This document shows positions 9,915-19,902 of a stretch of DNA of 35,729 nt, piece by piece; positions within the stretch are counted from its first letter, which is position 1, and every line of letters starts with the position of its first letter. A program made the translations under genes and the position numbers. The stretch is from assembly GCA_002269645.1 (NCBI GenBank), contig NIVC01004760.1, positions 1-35,729 on the forward strand. Direction: 5' to 3'. The notes under the pieces were generated by a model that saw nothing but the letters and a program-made list of their open reading frames with translations, searched no databases and had not been told where the DNA came from. This stretch comes from Macrostomum lignano (Eukaryota).

Positions 9915-12130
9915 CACAGCCTCGCCCTGCAGTAGGGGCAGCAGCCGTGCAGTCGGTTGAAGCCCTGCCGAGTGTCCGGCAGGCCGCGCAGCCACTCCAC
10001 TGCGCAGCTGCGGTGGTAGCGACGCCGGCAGCGCTCGCAAGTGACGCAGTCGGGACCATCGGCGGAGCAGTCAGCGTAGCAGATGCCGCAGTCGACATCC
10101 TCGGTAGCGGCCTCGACGCCAGCATCGCCCGCCACCGGCTGCTCGGTCTCGACGGCTGAAGGCTCGGCAAGCAAGGCGGAGCCGCCCAGCAGAGCTCTCA
10201 GGTTGGACACAAAGTCCGCGACGTCCGCGCCTGCTTCCAGGCGGCGGAGTTGGCGGTCACGGCCACTTCGATGGCCTCGGCAGCCGGACCTGCGGCACTG
10301 ACGGATGGCAGGGCAGCCGGGCTGGCGTCGGGGTCCAGCCTGATCAGCAGGCTGCTGGCGCGGCTGCGGGGAGTTGGAGCTGCCTCCGCATCAATATGAT
10401 GTAGTTTTTGTTTTAGTGCGCGATGGCGGCTATTTAGGGTATTCAGTATCTGAGCACACCTGGGGCCGACCTCATGAAGATGGCAGTTGCAATCTTCAAC
10501 AAAAGGATTTGCCATAGACAAAACAGCCTCTGCTAAATCCGATTGCATGTTGGAGATTGGAAGCGGACCTGGACTTCTTGAGCTTTAGGTACATAAAATA
10601 CTTCCGATTTTTTCGCCAGAGTCTTAGAGCAAAAAACTGCAAAAATTACCTTCAGAGTTAACAGGAGCTTAATTTGTAATCTCCTATGTAATTAGTGATA
10701 ATTTGATATAAGCAGGTTCGGAGAATTTTGTGTTTGAAATTTGAAGTTTTTTTGGAATCATACTTTCAACTGTAAAAAATTTCCAAAATTTGATGAAATT
10801 ATTCTAATAAAAACATTTAGAGGGTTCAAATTTTAACTCCGATAAAAATAGTGTCTATTCTAATTTAAATATGCTGACTCAGGGTTCGCCACCCGCCCCT
10901 TACCTCCCGCTTTTTGATTTGCTGTCGTTCTCTCATTGTTGTGCCGACTAGCCGTACATTCTTTACTTGTTTACCTATACTAATTTTACTAATCTGCTTG
11001 TCTCATTCAAGTTAACTACAGCTGCTGATGTCAATTAGTTTTGATAGGATTGTCATTTTTTCTTCATGGAGGTGTTTGATGGCTTGCCGAATTTTTTATT
11101 TAAGCCCCCCTCAGTCTCCGAATTTATCTACCTAATCTACAATAGACTCCCATGCTTCTGTTGAAGTTTATGTACATAAAATCAATCCCCATGAAGATTC
11201 TCCCCACCCTAAAACCCCCATTCCCTATGCCCCGGTGTTGGTTTGAAGCTACGAAAAAACGAAGCTCAATTTGAAATCAGCACCATCAAACCCTAAGGAA
11301 CAAAATTATGATCCTATCAAAACTGCAACAATTTTATACCTACCTAAAGCTCAAGAAGTCCGCGGAGCTGTGTAGTGCAAAAATGCAAATATTTGATTAA
11401 AAACTCAGCTAGAGTCGCCAGTTGCTCAGCAAAAGCCACTCACTCGGCCAGCAGCACCCGTCGGTGAAGCGAGCGCTACGCTGGGCCGGCCGCGGCTCAA
11501 GCACGACCAGCCGGCTGTCCAGCTGCTCCAGCAGCTCCCAGTGCGGCAGCAGCGACCGCGACGCCCCGGCGAACCGGTCGAACAGGCGCCGCAGGCTGCC
11601 GTCGCCGCCACCGCCGCCGGGGATCGGAACTGGCAGCTCCGAGTCGACGAGGCAGAAATTGGGACAGTCGCCAACATCGGCGGCAACGCGAAGCCGGATG
11701 CCCTCCGGGCTGATCAGAGTGGCCGAGGCAAAGTCGGGCGACACGGACTCGATGCAGCCGAGCCCGACGGTCAGGAGTTCGCGCCCGGCGCGGGCCAACC
11801 AGCGCCGATGGCGCAGACGATCGGTCGAAACAGACACTGTCACGTCCTCGGCCGGCGCGGCAGCCTCTTCACCCGGAGTCATCGGGCGTTGAAGCAGGTC
11901 GCGCGCCGTCGCCAGCATTTCGTCGGGGTTTTCTGGTGGCGCGGCCGCCTCGGCCAGCACTGACCGGCCGGACTCGGCGAAGGCCAGCAGGCCACAGCGG
12001 CGCGGCTCCACGGCTAGCAGAAGACGGCCGATATCGGCGCCGCCGGGATTCGAACTCGGATCGTGATTCGGCTGCTGCTGCTCCCGCGGCGCAGGCAGCG
12101 GCAGAAGCAGCCAATGAGCAGCTGTGGCGC
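9890..12130 (-). CDS. FANCL: E3 ubiquitin ligase FANCL (exons ~12130-11444 and 10363-9890; start codon not resolved)
   Basis: SLRRLFDRF..SLLPHWELLEQLDSRLVVLEP (URD) and DCGICY...C..C...YH..C..EWLRGLPDTRQGFNRLHGCCPYC (FANCL RING) are recognisable. GA|GTGAGT donor (11443) and ccgcag|C acceptor (10364) join in phase. Two 1-bp frameshifts (~11470, ~10237). Confidence 0.92.
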
Positions 12131-12489
12131 TGATTGAGGACTGAAGAGCAGTGAATGGTTTGCACTGTGCATTTGTACAGCTCGTATACTCGGACAGGTA
12201 GCGAATCCAGGTGCGCACCCCGTGGCATTCCAGTATAGAGACAGTGCCGCTTATTTTCAGGGACACTGGCGCTGGCAGGGGTGCCTCCATGGATTTTTAT
12301 GGCGTGGGGGGGGGCGAAACTTATTTTGTCGCCCGAAGGAAAACTCTTGGTTTCACTTGATTTCACTATTGATTTCTGCTAGCCTGTGTTCCGAAGCTAG
12401 CAGAACACTAGCCTCTTTTGCTAGTGGTCCTGGGATAAAAAGCATTGACATATCCCCCTGTCTCCCCTGGTGACGAGGTCCCTGAGCGC

Positions 12490-13000
12490 TAATCTACAGA
12501 CATCGGCGCTTGTCTAGAGATACCTATGCTAAGCTAGAGACATTGGCGCCTGTCTAGAAAAACTGGCGCTAGTCTACAGACACTGGTGCTAGGCTAGAGA
12601 CACTGGTGCTAGGCTAGAGACACTGGTGCTAGGCTAGAGACACTGGTGCTAGGCTAGAGACACTGGTGCTAGGCTAGAGACACTGGTGCTAGGCTAGAGA
12701 CACTGGTGCTAGGCTAGAGACACTGGTGCTAGGCTAGAGACACTGGTGCTAGGCTAGAGACACTGGTGCTAGGCTAGAGACACTGGTGCTAGGCTAGAGA
12801 CACTGGTGCTAGGCTAGAGACAACATTGGGGCTAGGCTCTAGAGACATTGGCACTTGTCTAGACATACTGGCACGTATCTAGAGATATTGGCGTTAGTCG
12901 AGAGACACTGGCGCTAGTCTAAAAACATTGGGGCTAATCTAGAGACATTGGCGCTTGTCTAGAGATACTGGCGTTAGTCGAGAGATATTGGCGTAAATAG
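12490..13000. repeat. Minisatellite, 20-bp unit (ctagagacactggtgctagg)
   Basis: Perfect core ~12580-12820 with degenerate flanking units. Confidence 0.95.
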
Positions 13001-13470
13001 CATGTAAAAACTCTATAAACACTAGAAGCCCCTTAAAGACGCTGGAATAACGGGATTATGTCTCCCTGACCAATAAAACCTTGTGTGTACAAAGTAGACA
13101 AAGATAACCCCGATCCTCAAGACAAAAAAGCTCACAACACACTACAATAGATAATTAGACTTTGGTAGTCACAGAAATGCACCCTTACATGCTTGTGGAT
13201 CCCCTTGTGATCAAATTGCGGAATGAAGCTCTTAAAGTGTCGAAAAATCTGCTTAGAAAATATGCGACTACTAAATTCGACTAGCAGTCGGCAAGCGAAC
13301 GCTGACAGTCGAGCTGCATTATCTTGACAGCTGACTTGAAAAAAACACGACAAAGGGCGTGAGTAGAAAAGCTGGCAGTGTCTCACCGTCAATTGGCAGC
13401 CAAGTGGTCTGACCCGACAGGCCGTGGGCGGACCAACAATTTGCGGTGGAGGGGGGGGTCAATCAAAACT

Positions 13471-13480
13471 GCGTCACCTG
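13471..13480 (+). promoter_or_regulatory. GCGTCACCTG motif upstream of copy D
   Basis: Exact 10-mer 122 nt upstream of the copy D ATG, in flanking DNA otherwise largely dissimilar to the A/B/C promoters. Confidence 0.5.
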
Positions 13481-13592
13481 CGACTTATTCAGACATTTAA
13501 GAGTATTTCAATATGCAGTCGGGGGCAAAGGCTGACTGAGCGACGGACCCCAAGCCTGTGGCATCAGCACCAAAGCACCCAGCTCAGCAGCC

Positions 13593-13883
13593 ATGTGCAA
13601 GCTCGTCTGTCTGTTCGCTCTCGTGGCCTTCGCCGCCGCCGCCGCCTACACTCCGGAGCAGAAGAACGAGGTCGTGAACGACATCATTCACGAGGTCGTT
13701 CCCGTGCTCCGATTGGACACCATCTGCTTGCAGCAGAACGGCATCACATCCGTGACCTGCATCGTGACCAGCCTGCTGGTCTGCTTCGTCTCCAATGGCA
13801 ACAACATCAACGAACTGGCTGCCTGCCTGGCCAGCAAGTGCGGCAGCAGCGCCAGCCAGATCATCAGCTGCATCAAGCTGTAG
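13593..13883 (+). CDS. Secreted 6-cysteine protein, copy D (96 aa, most divergent)
   Basis: MCKLVCLFALVAFAAAAA signal, identical acidic segment, same Cys spacing; ATTAAA at 13921-13926. Confidence 0.85.
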   Translation: MCKLVCLFALVAFAAAAAYTPEQKNEVVNDIIHEVVPVLRLDTICLQQNGITSVTCIVTSLLVCFVSNGNNINELAACLASKCGSSASQIISCIKL

Positions 13884-14839
13884 AGGCCCAGCTTCAACGA
13901 TGCAGTCTGATTGAAAGCAAATTAAAAATACACGGCCCACCTGCGTGACTGGTACAGCTCACTGCAGCTTGCCGCAGCGCGAAATGCATTTACTTGCTTT
14001 TGTAGACAAAGCCTTGCCTTTCTGATAGCTCTATTGATATTCATAAAGCTTTTCGTTTAGAAAATTAGGATTCTTTGTTAATTTTATATCCTACATGTAA
14101 TTGTACATGTCCTGTGCCTAAAAATCATTATAAATGGCACGACCCGGCTCATTGGTTTTATGAGTCTTACGAGTATCATCCTTAGCTCAATGACTGAGTA
14201 ACAAAACGTGTAACAGAATGATAAAATAGTACGATTGTATCATTACAATCATATTGTTGTACCTATAAGGCAAGGCATATCAAAATATGAACACTGGGTC
14301 TCCCTTCTATCAAAAGCAATAACAATATTTATATTTAAAGGGGGAACCTGTTTATCTTCGGAATGTATATTCCTATGTATATAAACCTGTCTCCTAAAAT
14401 TTTTCAACTTGTAGTTCTCAACTTGGTGACACACCGACAAGGCCTAAGTAGTATTTGTGCACTCCTGATACAAAATCCCTATAGTCCTACTAGTCTATCC
14501 GTAAAGTTAAATTTGAAAATTAAAACATAGTCAATAGCCGGCGATAGAAAATTAACTGGCAAAAATACACTCAGTCGCTACATCCGTGAAGCAAAACTAT
14601 TCAATATATTTATACATATGGCTATACGAGTCGACAGGAGTGGGTATTTTGCCAATTGTCAATGCGTAAAAATGGGGACAAGCTGCAAATCACGGTCAAA
14701 ATTATGGCAACATCAATTTTCGCGCCTATAGTCTTCACCACACTGTAAATTAAAAGTAGACTAAGACATGGGTGTCAAAGGTGTCTAAGATGTCCGAATT
14801 TTTTGTAGAATCGCTTGTCCAAAAAAGTCCACTATCGAC

Positions 14840-15305
14840 CACAGATGCTAGAATAACTAGATAGGCCACTCGGCACATTTGCGTGCCAGCTACTTTCAAT
14901 TCAGTAGTAAGTTAAACTGAAGCATTTTAATGTTTAATTAATTCTTAAAGACAAAGCTTAATTATTGGCTCTTACCCCCCAAGCTAATTAAACCCTCAAA
15001 CTCCTCATAGAACCTCTACCCCGGCCCGCGACCTAATTTTATTACCTTCTTTGGTTGTTCCAGCCTAAATCTGCCTTGTACTCGTAAATTTCAGTGGCTA
15101 ATGTACATTTTGGCTGCACTAATTAGCAAGCTGTTTACGTCTGCAAGCTTGGGCTTCTATACTTATCAAAGTCATCTCAGCTGCCTTATTCTTATAAAAT
15201 AGCGTGTGTATTCTTCTTTGCTACTGAACTGAAAGTAGACAGCTGTTTTGCTAAGTACGAGTATAATGTGTCTGAGTGGCCAATCTAGTTATTTTAGTAT
15301 CTGTA
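14840..15305. mobile_element. hAT-type MITE, copy 2
   Basis: CACAGATGCTAGAATAACTAGATAGGCCACTC ... GAGTGGCCAATCTAGTTATTTTAGTATCTGTA termini; same internal sequence as 6523-6966; TSD degenerate. Confidence 0.8.
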
Positions 15306-15403
15306 CTTTCCCCCCATCGCTAGAGTTCCAGCTGGCGTGAATTCCAGCATCCCGCTAAAGAAACGTTCAACGCATAATTCCAATCTCAATACTTTATTAA
15401 GTG

Positions 15404-15775
15404 CTAATTGAATTTGTGTCGAGCGGCCGACGAAATAACCGGCGGGCCCAAAACCGGCTCGAGCCAGCCGGTGATGCGGGACCAAGCCGGGTATCTCACG
15501 CTGTCGCTGCTCGATTGAGTCCAGTGCACGGCGTAGGTAAATCTGGCCAACTTAGTCCCAGTTACCATGGCAACCGGATACGGCATCAGGCTGATCAGGC
15601 AGCTAAACAGCCGATCTCTAGCCAGCATTCGTCGAGAGCCGGCATACAGACAGACGGATAAACCGAAAGCAGCCGCGTTGCCTAGCAACAGGGACACAAC
15701 GCGGAAGTAGGGATCCTTGTAGTAGACCAGTGGGTAGGGCAGTGCGGGCCCGTGGCTGTCTGAGCTGTGCGACAT
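15404..15775 (-). CDS. Possible small membrane protein or exon, unknown
   Basis: GC-rich 123-aa ORF with hydrophobic stretches (FRVVSLLLGNAAAFGLSVCLY; LFSCLISLMPYPVAMV). No family recognised. Confidence 0.3.
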   Translation of the reverse strand: MSHSSDSHGPALPYPLVYYKDPYFRVVSLLLGNAAAFGLSVCLYAGSRRMLARDRLFSCLISLMPYPVAMVTGTKLARFTYAVHWTQSSSDSVRYPAWSRITGWLEPVLGPPVISSAARHKFN

Positions 15776-15856
15776 GAAATTTCCAATGTGCTGAGTTTTT
15801 GATTAGCGTATCAGGCATGGAGAGCCATTCAATTAGGATCTGCTCTTGGGGTGCCA

Positions 15857-16615
15857 AGACACCCAGCAGCCCCGCGCCTTCATTCCCATCAGACACCCAG
15901 CAGCTCCGCGCCTTCATTCCCATCAGACACCCAGCAGCCCCGCGCCTTCATTCCCATCAGACACCCAGCAGCTCCGCGCCTTCATTCCCATCAGACACCC
16001 AGCAGCCCCGCGCCTTCATTCCCATCAGACACCCAGCAGCCCCGCCTTCATTCCCATCAGACACCCAGCAGCTCCGCGCCTTCATTCCCATCAGACACCC
16101 AGCAGCCCCGCGCCTTCATTCCCATCAGACACCCAGCAGCCCCGCACCTTCATTCCCATCAGACACCCAGCAGCTCCGCGCCTTCATTCCCATCAGACAC
16201 CCAGCAGCTCCGCGCCTTCATTCCCATCAGACACCCAGCAGCCCCGCGCCTTCATTCCCATCAGACACCCAGCAGCCCCGCGCCTTCATTCCCATCAGAC
16301 ACCCAGCAGCTCCGCGCCTTCATTCCCATCAGACACCAAGCAGCCCAGCGCCTTCATTCCCCAGCAGCTCCACGCCTTCATTCCCATCAGACACCCAGCA
16401 GCTCCGCGCCTTCATTCCCATCAGACACCCAGCAGCCCCGCGCCTTCATTCCCATCAGACACCCAGCAGCTCCGCGCCTTCATTCCCATCAGACACCCAG
16501 CAGCCCAGCGCCTTCATTCCCATCAGACACTCCAGCAGCACCCAGCGCCTTCATTCCCATCAGACACTCAGCAGCTCCGCGCCTTCATTCCTAGCAGACA
16601 CTTTTCATTCCTAGC
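15857..16615. repeat. Minisatellite, 34-bp unit (cacccagcagccccgcgccttcattcccatcaga)
   Basis: About 22 tandem units with ctcc/cccc variants. Confidence 0.95.
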
Positions 16616-17292
16616 AGAATTGAAATGAAACAAAAAGACAAAAGACAGCAAGTGAAAGAGATTAAGGTTTGCATTTAGAACAAAAAGTACTTTTATCTCT
16701 AATGAACAAGAATTTTTATGTAGTTAAGACGAAAGTTAAAAAAACATTAACCTCAGTCACTGGCAGAGAGCCTTGGTTGCATTGATAAAAAATAAATAGA
16801 TAAAAAGGACATCAGGAAGGGACAGATACTTTGAACCCAACTTTGTATTCGGAAATATTACTAAAATATTATACAGTGTAAAGTTCACAGGCATGAATTA
16901 GTATAACACAACACTCGATTTTTTCAGAAATGGGCTGGAGATGTCGCTAGTGCATCTAGTATGCTATCTAGAGGTAATCTGATTCTTACCCTAGCGAATT
17001 TGTCTATGGTAAATTTCTGAGCCCCAAGCTCATTTCTAAGAAAACCCGACTTATAGCAAATTATCCATCCTACTTCAGCTGTCCATGGTAAAGATTTATT
17101 TACAATACCCTGAGTGAGCGCGTGTGGCCCTACGTACGTATCTGTCTCCATGCTCAGGAGCCAGCGGAATGAGCAGAACTGACACGCCTCTCCTCGCACT
17201 TGGACAACAGACGTAGAATTGCACTTTTGAAACAAAAACAGAGACAGATGCCTCCGTTTGAACTATATTATATAATAAGGATCTAAAAAGTG

Positions 17293-18027
17293 CTAATGAG
17301 CGGCAGACTGCTTCTGCCGGGCCAGCGTCACCAGATGCCTCAGCATCAGCGCCTCCGACGGCCGCATCGACGGCAGCGAAGATTCCACGCTAGCCAGTCG
17401 ACGCTCGACATCAACTGAAGCGTCCGCGCCGAGTCTGACTGACGTCGAGTTGGCAACGGCAGAGTTGATGGAGGCGGCGGCCTCCTGACCGTCAGCTGGC
17501 AGCCTCCGATAGTCGCCGCCGTCCAGCTGTCCGAGCAGGCGCTCCAGACCGGCCACTTTGACTCGCAGGTCGGCCAGCTCGTTGGCCAGGGCGGCGCCGC
17601 TCTGCCCGGCCAAGGCCCGCCACTGCTGGCCGGTGTCCAGCAGGCGCAGCCGCTCGGACTCGACCCCGGCCAGCAGGCGGCGCAGGTCGGCGTTCTCTCG
17701 GCCGACTGACTCGGCGGACTGGCGAATCGAGTGCAACTCGTCTGAGCGCCGGCTCAGGCGGGCGCTGAGCTGATCAACTGTGCTCGAATGCCGACGCAGC
17801 AGGCGGACGCGGTCGGCCAGGAGGTCGCGGAGCATCGCTAGGAGGTCGGCCCGGCTGCACTTGTCCAAATCCGACTCGTCTAGCAGAGCCGCCGGTGGCG
17901 GAGGCGGCGGCTGAGGCGCGTCAATGTCAATGTCGAAGTCGACTTCGTTCAAGCCGACGTCCCGGACAGGAGGTTCATCGGCGTCGACATGGGCGCGGTC
18001 GGGTTGGTCCAAGCCGGGCGACAGCAT
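17293..18027 (-). CDS. Coiled-coil protein of unknown family (244 aa from ATG 18027; possibly the last exon of a longer gene)
   Basis: GC3-rich ORF, acidic/proline N-part followed by heptad-like LRDLLADRVRLL...LADLRVKVAGLERLL; tttttcag acceptor 4 nt before the ATG. Confidence 0.7.
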   Translation of the reverse strand: MLSPGLDQPDRAHVDADEPPVRDVGLNEVDFDIDIDAPQPPPPPPAALLDESDLDKCSRADLLAMLRDLLADRVRLLRRHSSTVDQLSARLSRRSDELHSIRQSAESVGRENADLRRLLAGVESERLRLLDTGQQWRALAGQSGAALANELADLRVKVAGLERLLGQLDGGDYRRLPADGQEAAASINSAVANSTSVRLGADASVDVERRLASVESSLPSMRPSEALMLRHLVTLARQKQSAAH

Positions 18028-18068
18028 TTCTCTGAAAAATTTACTCTCAAAAATGTAATGCTGATTGA

Positions 18069-18461
18069 CACCAAGGGGCGCCAGCACCAAGGGGAGCCAG
18101 CACCAAGGGGCGCCCCCGCGCCAGCACCAAGGGGCGCCAGCACCAAGGGGCGCCAGCACCAAGGGGCGCCAGCACCAAGGGGCGCCAGCACCAAGGGCGC
18201 CAGCACCAAGGGGCGCCAGCACCAAGGGGCGCACCAAGCGCCAGCACAAGGGGCGCCAGCACCAAGGGGCGCCAGCACCAAGGGGCGCCAGCACCAAGGG
18301 GCGCCAGCACCAAGGGGCGCCAGCACCAAGGGGCGCCAGCACCAAGGGGCGCCAGCACCAAGGGGCGCCAGCACCAAGGGGCGCCAGCACCAAGGGGCGC
18401 CAGCACCAAGGGGCGCCAGCACCAAGGGGCGCCAGCACCAAGGGGCGCCAGCACCAAGGGG
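18069..18461. repeat. Minisatellite, 16-bp unit (ggggcgccagcaccaa)
   Basis: About 24 near-perfect tandem units. Confidence 0.95.
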
Positions 18462-18499
18462 TCTAAGCCTGATATAAGAAGATGCCAAATTAGTGAGCA

Positions 18500-18590
18500 A
18501 GGGGGCATTGTGATTTAGCTGGCTCCATTTTTATAAAATGTATTCTTCTTTGCTACTGAACTGGAAGTAGAGAGCAGCTGTGTTACTAAA
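18500..18590. mobile_element. Fragment of the hAT-type MITE (right subterminal part)
   Basis: tattcttctttgctactgaactggaagtag matches the MITE subterminal block. Confidence 0.65.
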
Positions 18591-18699
18591 AATAATAATA
18601 GATTACACCTGCTGCAATTGGGCCAGATGTGCAATGGCAACACAGCTACAGCTCTTGTATGGCGCATCTTAAGGCTATATACATGTATAGCTATTCAGT

Positions 18700-18873
18700 C
18701 AAAGGACTAAAAGGTCACCACACACACCCTTAATTACCCTGTTTACAGCTAGGTGAACTGAAGCAATGCAGAATTAAATGTCTTGCTTAAGACAATTTTT
18801 CTAGTGGGATTGGGAATTTAACCCCTGACTTCAATTTGTGAGTCTGATGCTCTAACCACAAGGCTATAACCCC
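18700..18873 (-). mobile_element. tRNA-derived CORE-type SINE
   Basis: Minus strand reads GGGGTTATAGCCTTGTGGTTAGAGC (A box), GGTTAAATTCCC (decayed B box), then CTTAAGCAAGACATTTAATTCTGCATTGCTTCAGTTCACCTAGCTGTAAACAGGGTAAT, which aligns by eye with the CORE/MIR core as I recall it (CTTGGGCAAGTCACTTAACCTCTCTGAGCCTCAGTTTCCTCATCTGTAAAATGGGGATAAT). Confidence 0.7.
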
Positions 18874-19871
18874 AAACTCCAACTCCAGAGATAGTGAATT
18901 TTAATAAACTGGGAATTTAACACTTCATAATATATCATATTTTTTTTATAAATAAAACTGCTTAATCAGTATTATCTTATATCAACATGCTAGAAATATA
19001 AAGTTATTATATATAATTCTGATTTCTATCTTTGCAACTTGTGTTGCAGCAGAATATGCATTTTTGTTAGCAAGACTCTTTCTAACAAAAGTGGGCTCAC
19101 AATTCAGTGATGACACTCTGTTAAAGCTGATTACATTATATACATACTTCAATTGTTGACAATAGCATCTTATTGTGAGCTTCAAGCTGTTTCCCAACTG
19201 TGATTAAATAGTAGCAATTCTGCCTTAATAGATAGATAGATAGGCAGAGACCTAGGCAAGCAGATAAACAGATAGACAAGTGTTGAAGCATTTAAGAAGA
19301 CAAGCAAGCAAGATAGTAGATAGCGTAAGGTAGGTAGTCTAGATCATATTATAATTTTCTAAGGTGGGATTTAGTAATATTTTAATTTTTATATATAGCC
19401 TATTATATATTTTAATTATTTTTATATATATTTTAACTATTATAAGTTTTATATTCTATACAATACTATCTATTATTATATATACTAGCATTAGCAATTA
19501 CATAGTCAAATATAGTCTAATCATATATATATAATCAAACTGCTATATGATATATCTACAAGTTTTTTTGGTTTGGAACTTTGGATAGATATATTTTTTA
19601 TGTTTATATATTCTTTACTAGAGACTCTAGCTAAGGGTTTAGCCAAAAAAAATCCTTGGGTCTTAGGGATACAAATTTTCTAGAGAATTGATATCCTTAC
19701 CCTATAATATAATAAATCTAGTAGGCCAGTAGGCCTAGTGTATTAAAGGGATAGGCTCAAAGGGCCATTGTAGGCCTATTTATTATTTTTCTATTTTAGT
19801 ATGGATAATACATTATAATTTATATATACACATGTATTAATATATAGTATGATATTTTTAGTAGGCCTATA

Positions 19872-19876
<5 letters not shown>

Positions 19877-19902
<26 letters not shown>
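19877..19902. repeat. (AT)n microsatellite
   Basis: Run of about 12-13 AT dinucleotides. Confidence 0.9.

Noticed and set aside
16924-17235. 103-aa ORF downstream of the coiled-coil gene
   Set aside because: Non-ATG-type start in AT-rich DNA, no coding bias or recognisable motif; likely 3' flank.
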